A stretch of DNA of 64,000 nt. Origin: an uncultured delta proteobacterium (lineage in GTDB: Bacteria; Desulfobacterota; Desulfobacteria; Desulfobacterales; JAHEIW01). Positions 41,743-49,839 of the stretch are shown here, in pieces. Made by a program: the position numbers and the translations under genes. Under the pieces are notes generated by a model. The model saw only the letters and a list, made by a program, of their open reading frames with translations. It ran no database searches and was not told where the DNA came from. Numbering within the stretch: position 1 is the stretch's first letter; each line of letters starts with the position of its first letter. The DNA is taken from the NCBI GenBank assembly GCA_963706575.1, contig CAVPNL010000003.1:448001-512000 (forward strand), read 5' to 3'.

Positions 41743-43395
41743 ACGTATTTTGACATCAATTAATTTACCGTTAAAGATCTCTATTGCATCCGCCACCAGT
41801 GGATGACTTAACGCTTTTTGCTTTAGAAGATGGTTATTTTGGGATTTTTTTTTTGGATGCTCATCGTCCGGCTCAGATGAGGACGTCAGCATAATGTCTT
41901 TTTCTTCTCCAAAATATGCCGCGCAAATCTTTTTTAAAGCCGTCTTATTTTTTTCACGCTGAAGCATATTCAAGGTAAATCCATTGTCGCTCACCTCAAT
42001 TTCAATATGATCGGGTGATACCTGCTTCAGGCGACATTTGGATAAACTCGCACCCAACGATGGATTTTTTTGAGAAATTATTTCATAAAGACGGCTCCAT
42101 TTGGCCTCCAAATCGCTCAACGTGTCATCCATTGCGGCCGGCTGTTCCGGTTTTGGGTCTGGATGTCCATCTTCCTTTTGCTGCCCCGATTCAAGCTGCG
42201 GCGGCTTTACATCCGGTTTCTGCTCTTCAAGTCCGCCACCCGGCGAGTTATGGATTTCCTGCCTTAACAGATCCAGTTTATCAATAAGCTCATCAATCGG
42301 CAACGCCGGTTTCATCTGATCCAGCCGAATAAAGGCCATTTCGAGTGCGAGTTTCGGATCAGAGGACAGCCGGATAGGTGCCTCTTCCCTAAAGAGTTGG
42401 TCAAAAATCTGGTTCAAAACAGCAAAGCGCACCTCACGGGTTTGTTCGGCCATCTGAGCAAGTTCATTATCCGGAAGATCTACCAGTTTACCGACATTCC
42501 GTCCCATTTTGACAATCAGCAGATTCCGCAAATGCTCAAGCAAATTCGCAAATAGCCTTTTCAAGTCATACCCACGATGGTAACAATCATCCAGCGCATC
42601 CAGCATGACCACAATATCTCCTCGCAGGATAGCACTGCAAAGATCGAACACATATTTTCGGTCAATTACGCCTAAGATTTCCAGGACCTGGTCATGGCTC
42701 ACCGAACCTTTAAAACACGATAGGACCTGATCGAGCAGGCTCAACGCATCCCGCATGCTGCCTGTGGCTTCTCGCCCAATCAGGACAAGGCTTTCTTGCG
42801 GTATCTTGAAATCTTCTTCCTGACAGATATAAGCCATATGCTCAATCATTGATTTCAGACTCAGGCGCCGAAAATCGTGTCTCTGGCAGCGGGATAGAAT
42901 CGTTATCGGAATCTTTTGCGGTTCTGTCGTCGCAAAAATGAACATAACATGGGACGGCGGCTCCTCAAGTGTTTTTAACAGGGCATTGAACGCCTGCATG
43001 CTGAGCATGTGGACTTCATCGATAATATAGATCTTGTACATACTGTGGGCGGGCATATACTTGATATGGTCGCGCAACTCCCTGACCTGGTCAACGCTGT
43101 TGTTGGAAGCACCATCGATTTCAAATACATCCACAGCATTGCCGGAGGTGATTTCCCTGCATGACCGGCATTTGTTGCAGGGTGCGGGTATCGGCCCCTC
43201 TTTGCAATTCATCGCTTTAGCCAGTATCCGGGCGACAGTGGTCTTTCCGGTTCCGCGTGGTCCGGCAAAGAGTACTGCATGGGCAACACGATTGGCGGAT
43301 ATCGCATTGGACAGGGTGCGGGTCACATGATCCTGCTCAATCACCCGGTCAAACGTCTGGGGGCGGTATTTGCGCGCAAGCACGAGATAGGACAT
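41740..43395 (-). CDS. dnaX: DNA polymerase III subunit gamma/tau
   Basis: LARKYRP, GPRGTGKTT, EIDGASN, IIDEVHML, LKTLEEPP, SRC. Confidence 0.98.
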   Translation of the reverse strand: MSYLVLARKYRPQTFDRVIEQDHVTRTLSNAISANRVAHAVLFAGPRGTGKTTVARILAKAMNCKEGPIPAPCNKCRSCREITSGNAVDVFEIDGASNNSVDQVRELRDHIKYMPAHSMYKIYIIDEVHMLSMQAFNALLKTLEEPPSHVMFIFATTEPQKIPITILSRCQRHDFRRLSLKSMIEHMAYICQEEDFKIPQESLVLIGREATGSMRDALSLLDQVLSCFKGSVSHDQVLEILGVIDRKYVFDLCSAILRGDIVVMLDALDDCYHRGYDLKRLFANLLEHLRNLLIVKMGRNVGKLVDLPDNELAQMAEQTREVRFAVLNQIFDQLFREEAPIRLSSDPKLALEMAFIRLDQMKPALPIDELIDKLDLLRQEIHNSPGGGLEEQKPDVKPPQLESGQQKEDGHPDPKPEQPAAMDDTLSDLEAKWSRLYEIISQKNPSLGASLSKCRLKQVSPDHIEIEVSDNGFTLNMLQREKNKTALKKICAAYFGEEKDIMLTSSSEPDDEHPKKKSQNNHLLKQKALSHPLVADAIEIFNGKLIDVKIR

Positions 43396-43398
43396 AGC

Positions 43399-43600
43399 GA
43401 AGTGCCTAAAGTTTAGAATGCCTAAAATGCCTAAAATTAAAAACGGAAACCATCTGTAATTACCCGAATACGCTTAGCGTGAGATCGATTTTCCTTATTT
43501 TGTGCCTTGAAAATTCTTGCAGATGCTGTGGATGCCCTTTCCAATCGTCAAGATATTTTAACTTTAGGCATTTCCCATTTTAGGCATTTTAGGCATTTTT
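43399..43600. mobile_element. Family A-type element between dnaX and tRNA-Ser
   Basis: gaagtgcctaaagtttagaatgcctaaaatgcctaaaatt ... aactttaggcatttcccattttaggcattttaggcatttt, with a different internal spacer of about 115 bp. Confidence 0.75.
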
Positions 43601-43606
43601 CAAGAA

Positions 43607-43700
43607 TGGCGGAGAGAGAGGGATTCGAACCCTCGGTGCCGCTTTTGACAGCACACACGATTTCCAGTCGTGCTCCTTCAGCCAGCTCGGACATCTCTCC
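43607..43700 (-). tRNA. tRNA-Ser(GGA)
   Basis: GGAGAGATGTCCGAG...CACGA-CTGGAAA-TCGTG, long variable arm, GGTTCGAATCC, encoded CCA. Confidence 0.96.
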
Positions 43701-43806
43701 TAAAAATCTTTGATCCTCAAAGCTTTTTAATTATTAAAAAAGGAATAAATCTATTTTGGCCGCAGCGTTAGCTGCGGCACCACATAAAATTACGCAGTAA
43801 TTTTAT

Positions 43807-43898
43807 TGGCGGAAGGGGTGAGATTCGAACTCACGGAGAGCCAAAAGACCCTCAACGGCTTTCGAGGCCGCCGCCTTCAACCGCTCGGCCACCCTTCC
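43807..43898 (-). tRNA. tRNA-Ser(CGA)
   Basis: GGAAGGGTGGCCGAG...GCGGC-CTCGAAA-GCCGT, long variable arm, GTTCGAATC, encoded CCA. Confidence 0.96.
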
Positions 43899-43963
43899 GG
43901 CAAGCTGATTTATCAGGAAATGCGGTAATGGGTAGTACTCAATAACCTCTTTAAAACACACTG

Positions 43964-44674
43964 TCAAGGTGTGAACATGGCCTGGACTTCTTTGGAATAT
44001 TCCCCGCTCGCATCATAGATGATCAACGGAGGGCCGAGCCGGATGCCGGGCCGCGCACCCTTGACCCCGTCGACTAAAATGAGTTTGGCTTCCGTGTCCA
44101 GCTGCGAATGAATCGACCGCATAAATTTGGGTTCAATGCCCTCCAGACGCATTTGGCAAAGCAATTCGACGATACGCTCCGCTGTATAAACGGTAACAAA
44201 TCGCCCGGCGGTCTGCAGCATTCGCCGGACGGTCTGCAGCACATCGGCTAAACTTACTTTTAATTCATGCCGGGCGATTGCCCGCTGCGCATCCGGATTT
44301 AACCTGCCGGAATTGGGTTTGCGGTAAGGAGGGTTGCAAACGACCAGGTCCACCGGTCCGCCGATCATATCCGGTTTCAAGTCACGCATATCCTGTCGAA
44401 GCACCGTAATTCGATTCTGCATGTAGTTCGCAGTTACATTTGAAATTGCCAACTCGGCTAAGTCCTGCTGGATTTCAATGCCGAATACGACGATGTCCGG
44501 GTTGCGGTATGTCAAAATTAACGGAATGATGCCGCAGCCGGTCCCTAAATCGAGCACCCTTTCATCCGCTCGCGGCCTGGCATGCCAGGCCAATAAGACC
44601 GCGTCGAGAGAAAAGCGGTATCCCGACGCCTCCTGTTTTATATGGAGTTTGCCGTCAAAGAATGCATCGGTCAT
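43964..44674 (-). CDS. tRNA1(Val) A37 N6-methyltransferase-like (YfiC/TrmM family)
   Basis: GYRFSLDAVLL, LDLGTGCG, NPPY, ARHE. Confidence 0.88.
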   Translation of the reverse strand: MTDAFFDGKLHIKQEASGYRFSLDAVLLAWHARPRADERVLDLGTGCGIIPLILTYRNPDIVVFGIEIQQDLAELAISNVTANYMQNRITVLRQDMRDLKPDMIGGPVDLVVCNPPYRKPNSGRLNPDAQRAIARHELKVSLADVLQTVRRMLQTAGRFVTVYTAERIVELLCQMRLEGIEPKFMRSIHSQLDTEAKLILVDGVKGARPGIRLGPPLIIYDASGEYSKEVQAMFTP

Positions 44675-44991
44675 CTGTTTAAGGGTCCAATCTTAAATTT
44701 TAACTCCTCTATCAGCGGTTTCCCGAGAGCCGCGTTTAATTTGGTGATCATATCATTTTTTAAAAATTGCAGCTGGTGAATCCAGGTCGAACTGCTGACA
44801 TGCACAACGAGACGTTTACCCTTAAAAGCGGCCGGGCGGGCATTTTGGGCAATGGTTTCCCCCACAGCCTCATCCCACAGACGCCATACTTCTTTGAGCT
44901 CAAAGTCAGGTTTGGACCGATACGGCGCTAAAACATCATCAAGAATGTTTCGAATATGAATGAAATCTGATCGTTTGTCCGCGTTTTTCAT
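44671..44991 (-). CDS. DUF721 / DciA-family protein; start re-called at 44991
   Basis: WDEAVG..IAQNARP, LVVHVSSSTWIHQL, LKFKIG. Confidence 0.85.
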   Translation of the reverse strand: MKNADKRSDFIHIRNILDDVLAPYRSKPDFELKEVWRLWDEAVGETIAQNARPAAFKGKRLVVHVSSSTWIHQLQFLKNDMITKLNAALGKPLIEELKFKIGPLNR

Positions 44992-45101
44992 ATGCCTAAG
45001 ACTATAGCAGAATTTTTCCAATTCTTGAACCGCAAACAAATAGATGCAGTGGATTCAAATGGGTGCAATCGCCCTCCACCAGCACCCTAGCCTGCTTTTA
45101 C

Positions 45102-45489
45102 CATGAACCCATTTTAAAAATGTCTTTTGGCCCCATATCTTTGTTGGTGCCTCGTTTCAAATCCTCGACATACAACAGTCTGCCTCCGGTTTGCGACCCA
45201 CAAAGCGTATATGATCAGACGGGGAATCCCGCAACGCGGGACGACCCACAACGTGTATATGACCAGACGGGGAATCCCGCAACGCGGGACGACCCACAAC
45301 GTGTATATGACCAGACGGGGAATCCCGCAACGCGGGACGACCCACAACGTGTATATGACCAGACGGGGAATCCCGCAACGCGGGACGACCCACAAGCAGT
45401 ATAAGATCAGACAGGGAATCCAGCAACGCTGGAAAACTCGGCCCCGCCGCGATCTTAAACCAAAATCCTATTTTTAAAATGGGTTCATG
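45102..45489. mobile_element. TIR MITE (148-bp backbone) carrying a 240-bp tandem array
   Basis: Perfect 20-bp TIR catgaacccattttaaaaat / atttttaaaatgggttcatg. Confidence 0.85.
45194..45433. repeat. 5 x 48-bp tandem repeat with internal palindrome TCCCGC-AAC-GCGGGA
   Basis: Units start at 45194, 45242, 45290, 45338 and 45386; units 2-4 are identical, units 1 and 5 diverge. Confidence 0.95.
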
Positions 45490-45686
45490 TTGATGCAGAT
45501 AGAGCGTTTGCTTAAACATATGAGGAAGTTGTCTTCATCTTTGTTATTCTGCTAGATTTGCTTTTTGCTTGACTTGGCGGATCGGGTAACTTATTTTACT
45601 AAGGAATTCTTATGATTTGCCAATAAATTGCCATTTCAATTTAAGGCTCGATGTATTTAACACCTTTAACGTAAAGGACTTCGAAT

Positions 45687-46736
45687 ATGAGTTGGGATTG
45701 GGAAAAGCTAAAACAGCAACAGCATGGCAAAGGCGGGGTTCCGCCGCAAATGGACGAATTTGTCGATAGGCTCAAAAAATTCAAACTCCCGGGCGGCCCT
45801 TTGTTTATTGCCGCAATTTTAGTGGTGGCCCTGGCAGCCACATCCGTATTTACGGTTAAGCAAAATGAAGTCGGCGTGGTTCAATTATTTGGCCGATATG
45901 TGCGCACGACCGAGCCGGGTCTAAATTTCAAGCTGCCCCTGGGCATCGAAAAAGTTACCAAAGTCAACGTCCGTGAAATCCAGACAGCTGAGTTCGGTTT
46001 CAGCACCGCCCAGGTTAACCTCAGATCCCGGGCCAGATCCGGCGGTGACAATCAAAACGAATCCCTCATGCTGACCGGAGACTTAAACGTGGCGATCGTG
46101 CCCTGGATTGTGCAATATCGGGTCAAGAACCCCTTTGATTTCCTGTTTAAAGTTCGAGACGTCCGCCGCCTGCTGCGCGATATGTCCGAAGCCTCGATGC
46201 GGCTGGTGGTCGGTGACCGCAGTATTAATGAAGTCATCAGCAAACGGGATGAAATTGCGGTAGAGGCCAAAGGTCTTTTGCAAAGCGAATTGGACGGGGC
46301 TGATACCGGAATCCATATTGTTACCATCGAGATGAAAAAGACCAACGTGCCCCCCCCGGTGCAGCCTTCGTTCAATGAGGTGAACCAGGCTGTTCAGGAA
46401 AAGGAACAGATGATTTATCAGGCCAAAGAGGGCTACAATAAAGCCATCCCGGCCGCCCGCGGTGAAGCCGAGAGAACGATTCGGGCGGCCGAAGGGTATG
46501 CCTTAAACCGGGTGAACCGCGCCAAGGGTAATGCCGCCAGGTTCGTGGCCCTCTACAATGAATATATTAATGCCAAAGATATTACCAAACGGCGACTTTA
46601 TCTTGAAACCATTAAACAAACGTTTCCCAATCTGGGACCCAAATATATCATCGACTCCGACCAGAAAAATCTGTTGCCGTTGCTCAACCTGGGGCAATCG
46701 GTTAACCTCGGACAACAAAGCAGTGGTGAAAAATGA
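45687..46736 (+). CDS. hflK: FtsH modulator HflK
   Basis: TM, SPFH domain, MLTGDLN, FNEVNQA, RRLYLE. Confidence 0.94.
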   Translation: MSWDWEKLKQQQHGKGGVPPQMDEFVDRLKKFKLPGGPLFIAAILVVALAATSVFTVKQNEVGVVQLFGRYVRTTEPGLNFKLPLGIEKVTKVNVREIQTAEFGFSTAQVNLRSRARSGGDNQNESLMLTGDLNVAIVPWIVQYRVKNPFDFLFKVRDVRRLLRDMSEASMRLVVGDRSINEVISKRDEIAVEAKGLLQSELDGADTGIHIVTIEMKKTNVPPPVQPSFNEVNQAVQEKEQMIYQAKEGYNKAIPAARGEAERTIRAAEGYALNRVNRAKGNAARFVALYNEYINAKDITKRRLYLETIKQTFPNLGPKYIIDSDQKNLLPLLNLGQSVNLGQQSSGEK

Positions 46737-47674
46737 AAAATAAAAGCATCTTTCTGATTCCCCTGGCCATTGTCGCCGTTGTCATTTACGGCGCCGCTTA
46801 CTCGGTTGACGAAACCGAACAGGTGGTTATCACCCAGTTTGGCCGCATTGTGGGCGAGCCCAAAAGAGATCCGGGTCTAAAATTTAAAATCCCTTTTATC
46901 CAGAAAGCCAATTATTTCAATAAAAACTTGCTGGAGTGGGATGGCGACCCCGGACAGGTCCCCACCCTGGACAAGACCTTTATCTGGGTCGATACCTTTG
47001 CCAGATGGAAAATTGTGGATCCGATTAAATTTTTCCAGACCGTAAACAACCGATTTAATGCGGTGGGTAAACTCAATGACATTATCGACCCGGCGGTTAG
47101 AAACTTCATTACCTCCCACCACCTGATTGAGGCGGTGCGCAAATCCAACCGTGAAATGGACACCGCGGAGGCCGGTTTAGAAGAATCGAGCCGCAAAACC
47201 CGGGTTATCTATAACATCGCTATCGGTCGCCAAAAAATTACCCAGGGCATCCTGGAACAGGCCCAACCGAAACTGACCCCTTTTGGCATCGAACTGGTCG
47301 ATGTAAAAATTAAGCGTATCAACTACGTGGAAGAGGTCAAAAAGTCCGTGTACGGGCGCATGATTGCCGAGCGAAACCAGATTGCGGAGAAATTTCGTTC
47401 CGAGGGCAAGGGCGAAGCCCAAAAGATTTTAGGTGAAAAGGAAAGGGATTTGCAGGAGATTGAATCCGAAGCCTTTAAGAGAGCTGAGAAAATTAAAGGC
47501 AGTGCCGACGCCGAGGCAACCATCATTTACGCTGAAGCATACGGCAAGGACCCTGAATTTTACTCTTTTGTTCAAACGCTGGAGATTTACCGCGAGGCAT
47601 TGGATAAAAATAGTTCGCTCATTCTTTCAACCGATTCGGAATTCTTAAAATATCTCAAAGGGCCTCCAAAATAA
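46733..47674 (+). CDS. hflC: FtsH modulator HflC
   Basis: QFGRIV..PGLKFKIPF, RMIAER, RSEG, DPEFYSF. Confidence 0.95.
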   Translation: MKNKSIFLIPLAIVAVVIYGAAYSVDETEQVVITQFGRIVGEPKRDPGLKFKIPFIQKANYFNKNLLEWDGDPGQVPTLDKTFIWVDTFARWKIVDPIKFFQTVNNRFNAVGKLNDIIDPAVRNFITSHHLIEAVRKSNREMDTAEAGLEESSRKTRVIYNIAIGRQKITQGILEQAQPKLTPFGIELVDVKIKRINYVEEVKKSVYGRMIAERNQIAEKFRSEGKGEAQKILGEKERDLQEIESEAFKRAEKIKGSADAEATIIYAEAYGKDPEFYSFVQTLEIYREALDKNSSLILSTDSEFLKYLKGPPK

Positions 47675-47688
47675 GCGAATAATCGCAT

Positions 47689-47723
47689 AAAAAGAGCACC
47701 GTTTTTTTAAACGGTGCTCTTTT
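47689..47723. terminator. Bidirectional terminator between hflC and the small basic-protein gene
   Basis: aaaaagagcaccgttt-N4-aaacggtgctctttt. Confidence 0.8.
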
Positions 47724-47753
47724 AAGCCGTTACAGAAAAAACTTCCGGGATCA

Positions 47754-47852
47754 TTATTTGCCCTTCCTTCTTTGGTGGCGCGTCTTGGCCAAAAGTTTTC
47801 TGTGTTTATGTTTTCTCATTTTCTTTCTGCGCTTTTTTACGACACTACCCAA
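47754..47852 (-). CDS. 32-aa basic protein, AURKAIP1/COX24 (bS22/mS38-like) family
   Basis: TTG start after GGGGGTG; MGSVVKKRRKKMRKHKHRKLLAKTRHQRRKGK followed by TAA TGA; below the ORF-track length cutoff. Confidence 0.88.
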   Translation of the reverse strand: MGSVVKKRRKKMRKHKHRKLLAKTRHQRRKGK

Positions 47853-48104
47853 TGGCTCACCCCCTTCGAAATGTTTTTTTAAGCGATAAAACAATAAAAG
47901 CATTTCATAACATATCCGTATGTTTGATGTCTACATTTATTTTTAGAATTGGAAAACCGGGCCGGCATATGCTATAGTATTAAATCAACAGTGAAGCCTG
48001 ACGAAAAAGCGGTATTTTTTTCGTCATATTTTCGCCCATAAAGAAACAAAAAAGATGGCCTTTTCGTTGGCCGTTTTTATATTTAATTCGGAGACAGAGT
48101 CGAT

Positions 48105-48608
48105 ATGGACAGCGGCGTCATCGTAACCAGTATGGGAATCGGGGCGGCTATATTCGCCGGTCTGATTATATTCTGGTTTTTTCATACATTTATCAAACGC
48201 AAGCTGGGGGCTGAGAAATCGGTTCAATTGCCGAACAGCGCTCAAAAATTTAACGGGGAAGAAATGCGCCGGCACCCCAGAATGGAGGTCGCCTGGCCGG
48301 CGGCATTGGAAATACGTCACGGGTCGATCAAGGTCCGGTTGAAAGATATCAGCCTGGGGGGGGCATTTGTTATCTGCCAGGAGCCGATAGCACTAAATGA
48401 AAAATTTCGGCTCTATGTAGAGGCGCCCGATGAGGAAACGTTTGCACTAAACGCTGAAATGGTTTGGTCAAATATGAATGTGCCGGAAGAAAAAGTCATC
48501 CATCGGGGGATGGGAATCCGATTCGTCCAAAACACAGATGCAGCACGCAAACGCCTTGAAAAAGCCATTTCCCGCCACTTACGGGAAGCCAAGCTCACCG
48601 CTGTTTGA
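48105..48608 (+). CDS. Membrane-anchored PilZ-domain protein
   Basis: N-terminal TM; RRHPR (RxxxR) and DISLGG (DxSxxG); GMGIRF. Confidence 0.88.
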   Translation: MDSGVIVTSMGIGAAIFAGLIIFWFFHTFIKRKLGAEKSVQLPNSAQKFNGEEMRRHPRMEVAWPAALEIRHGSIKVRLKDISLGGAFVICQEPIALNEKFRLYVEAPDEETFALNAEMVWSNMNVPEEKVIHRGMGIRFVQNTDAARKRLEKAISRHLREAKLTAV

Positions 48609-48736
48609 AACCCGGATCACCGCGCTAGTCCATAGACCCTATCAATTTTGCCCTCAAGACCGACGATCGATTTCTGACAATCGCAATCAGTTGACCATCT
48701 GAACGCAGTTAAATCCAATATGACTGAATTAAAAAT

Positions 48737-49276
48737 ATGCAGGACCTGAAAACATTCTCAAAAGATGAGATTGTCACCGTCAATAATGCCGTGTCGATGG
48801 CTGAAGAACTCGTCAGCAATCACTACAAAATGTCTGCCAGCGAATGGCTGCGGCCCAAATATGATGTCAAAACCCTGGTCGATCTTGCTCCCGGGGAAAT
48901 TGTGGCCGGTCCGTTTGCACAGATTGTTCGTTATGAAGGCCAGCTCAAGAATACGCCCTTGGGCTCCGGCGCTTTCGACTACTATAAAATATGCCTTCAG
49001 GACCACGCGATTCATTCCACGCTGAAAAAAATGGCGGATATGAAGCTTTTTCCATTTTGTCTCTATATCATTACACACGAATTGATCCACATCGTGCGCT
49101 TCAGCAAATTTCTGCAGCGCTTTGATGCCAGTCCCAGCGAAAAATTGTCTGAAGAAAAACGCGTCCATGAAAGTACCCATCAGATTTTACATCCGGTTCA
49201 GGTTTCAGGAATGGTGGCGGTGCTTGATTTTTATAACAAATGGCGGCAACCCCTTGAAGGCATGCGCAATAGCTGA
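48737..49276 (+). CDS. Hypothetical protein with HExxH motif
   Basis: 179-aa ORF; YIITHELIHIVR; downstream EE..VH. Confidence 0.72.
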   Translation: MQDLKTFSKDEIVTVNNAVSMAEELVSNHYKMSASEWLRPKYDVKTLVDLAPGEIVAGPFAQIVRYEGQLKNTPLGSGAFDYYKICLQDHAIHSTLKKMADMKLFPFCLYIITHELIHIVRFSKFLQRFDASPSEKLSEEKRVHESTHQILHPVQVSGMVAVLDFYNKWRQPLEGMRNS

Positions 49277-49318
49277 TGGCAAATGCGCGTAATTCACATT
49301 GAAAATCGATTCAGCCTA

Positions 49319-49348
49319 TTGACTTTACGACGAACACGCCTCTATAAT
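49319..49348 (+). promoter_or_regulatory. Sigma70 promoter upstream of the MITE and FmdB gene
   Basis: TTGACT-18-TATAAT. Confidence 0.6.
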
Positions 49349-49359
49349 TAAGGAACTAA

Positions 49360-49522
49360 TAGAAGTGGTTTCAAAACCTCAGATCAGGTTCAAGAGAACA
49401 CGCGCAAGGCGTCCCGCGAATCGAAATGCGCGTGTCCGAGCGTACACGAAGTACGTGAGTATTTCAACTCGGGCGGGACAACGCAGCCATTGGGCCTTAG
49501 ATGGGGTTTTGAAACCACTTCT
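49360..49522. mobile_element. Family B MITE (163 bp)
   Basis: tagaagtggtttcaaaacctcagatcaggt ... caacgcagccattgggccttagatggggttttgaaaccacttct. Confidence 0.88.
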
Positions 49523-49542
49523 GACGATGGAGGTTGCGGGTA

Positions 49543-49839
49543 ATGCCGATATACGAATACGAGTGTACAAAATGCGGTAAGATCGAGGAAATTTTTCAGA
49601 AATTTTCGGATAAGCCGCTGGTTAAATGCAAGCATTGTTCTGGCAAGCTTCATAAGCTTATTTCTCACAGCAGCTTCCATCTGAAGGGTACCGGTTGGTA
49701 CGTCACCGATTACGCCACTAAGTCAAAGCCCAACAGCGCTGCTCCCAAGAAATCGGATCAATCGAAAACATCCGACAGCCCAAAATCATCCACCAAAGAG
49801 AAGGCCACCAAAACTGCCTCTGACAGCTCCGCTTCATAG
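49543..49839 (+). CDS. FmdB-family zinc-ribbon protein
   Basis: MPIYEYECTKCG..C..CSG..FHLKGTGWYVTDY; SD GGAGG. Confidence 0.92.
   Translation: MPIYEYECTKCGKIEEIFQKFSDKPLVKCKHCSGKLHKLISHSSFHLKGTGWYVTDYATKSKPNSAAPKKSDQSKTSDSPKSSTKEKATKTASDSSAS

Noticed and set aside
43440..43806. SRP RNA (ffs), often found near tRNA-Ser and dnaX
   Set aside because: I could not find the conserved CAGG..GGAA..AGCAG helix-8 motif on either strand.
43607..43898. tRNA-anchored genomic island or prophage
   Set aside because: No integrase, no duplicated tRNA 3' end, and the flanks are housekeeping genes.
45194..45433. CRISPR array
   Set aside because: Units are homologous over their full 48 bp and three are identical; there are no unique spacers and no cas genes in the window.
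45063..45519. Four overlapping repetitive ORFs (93-120 aa)
   Set aside because: They are by-products of a stop-poor 48-bp repeat (a multiple of 3) and open in several frames at once.
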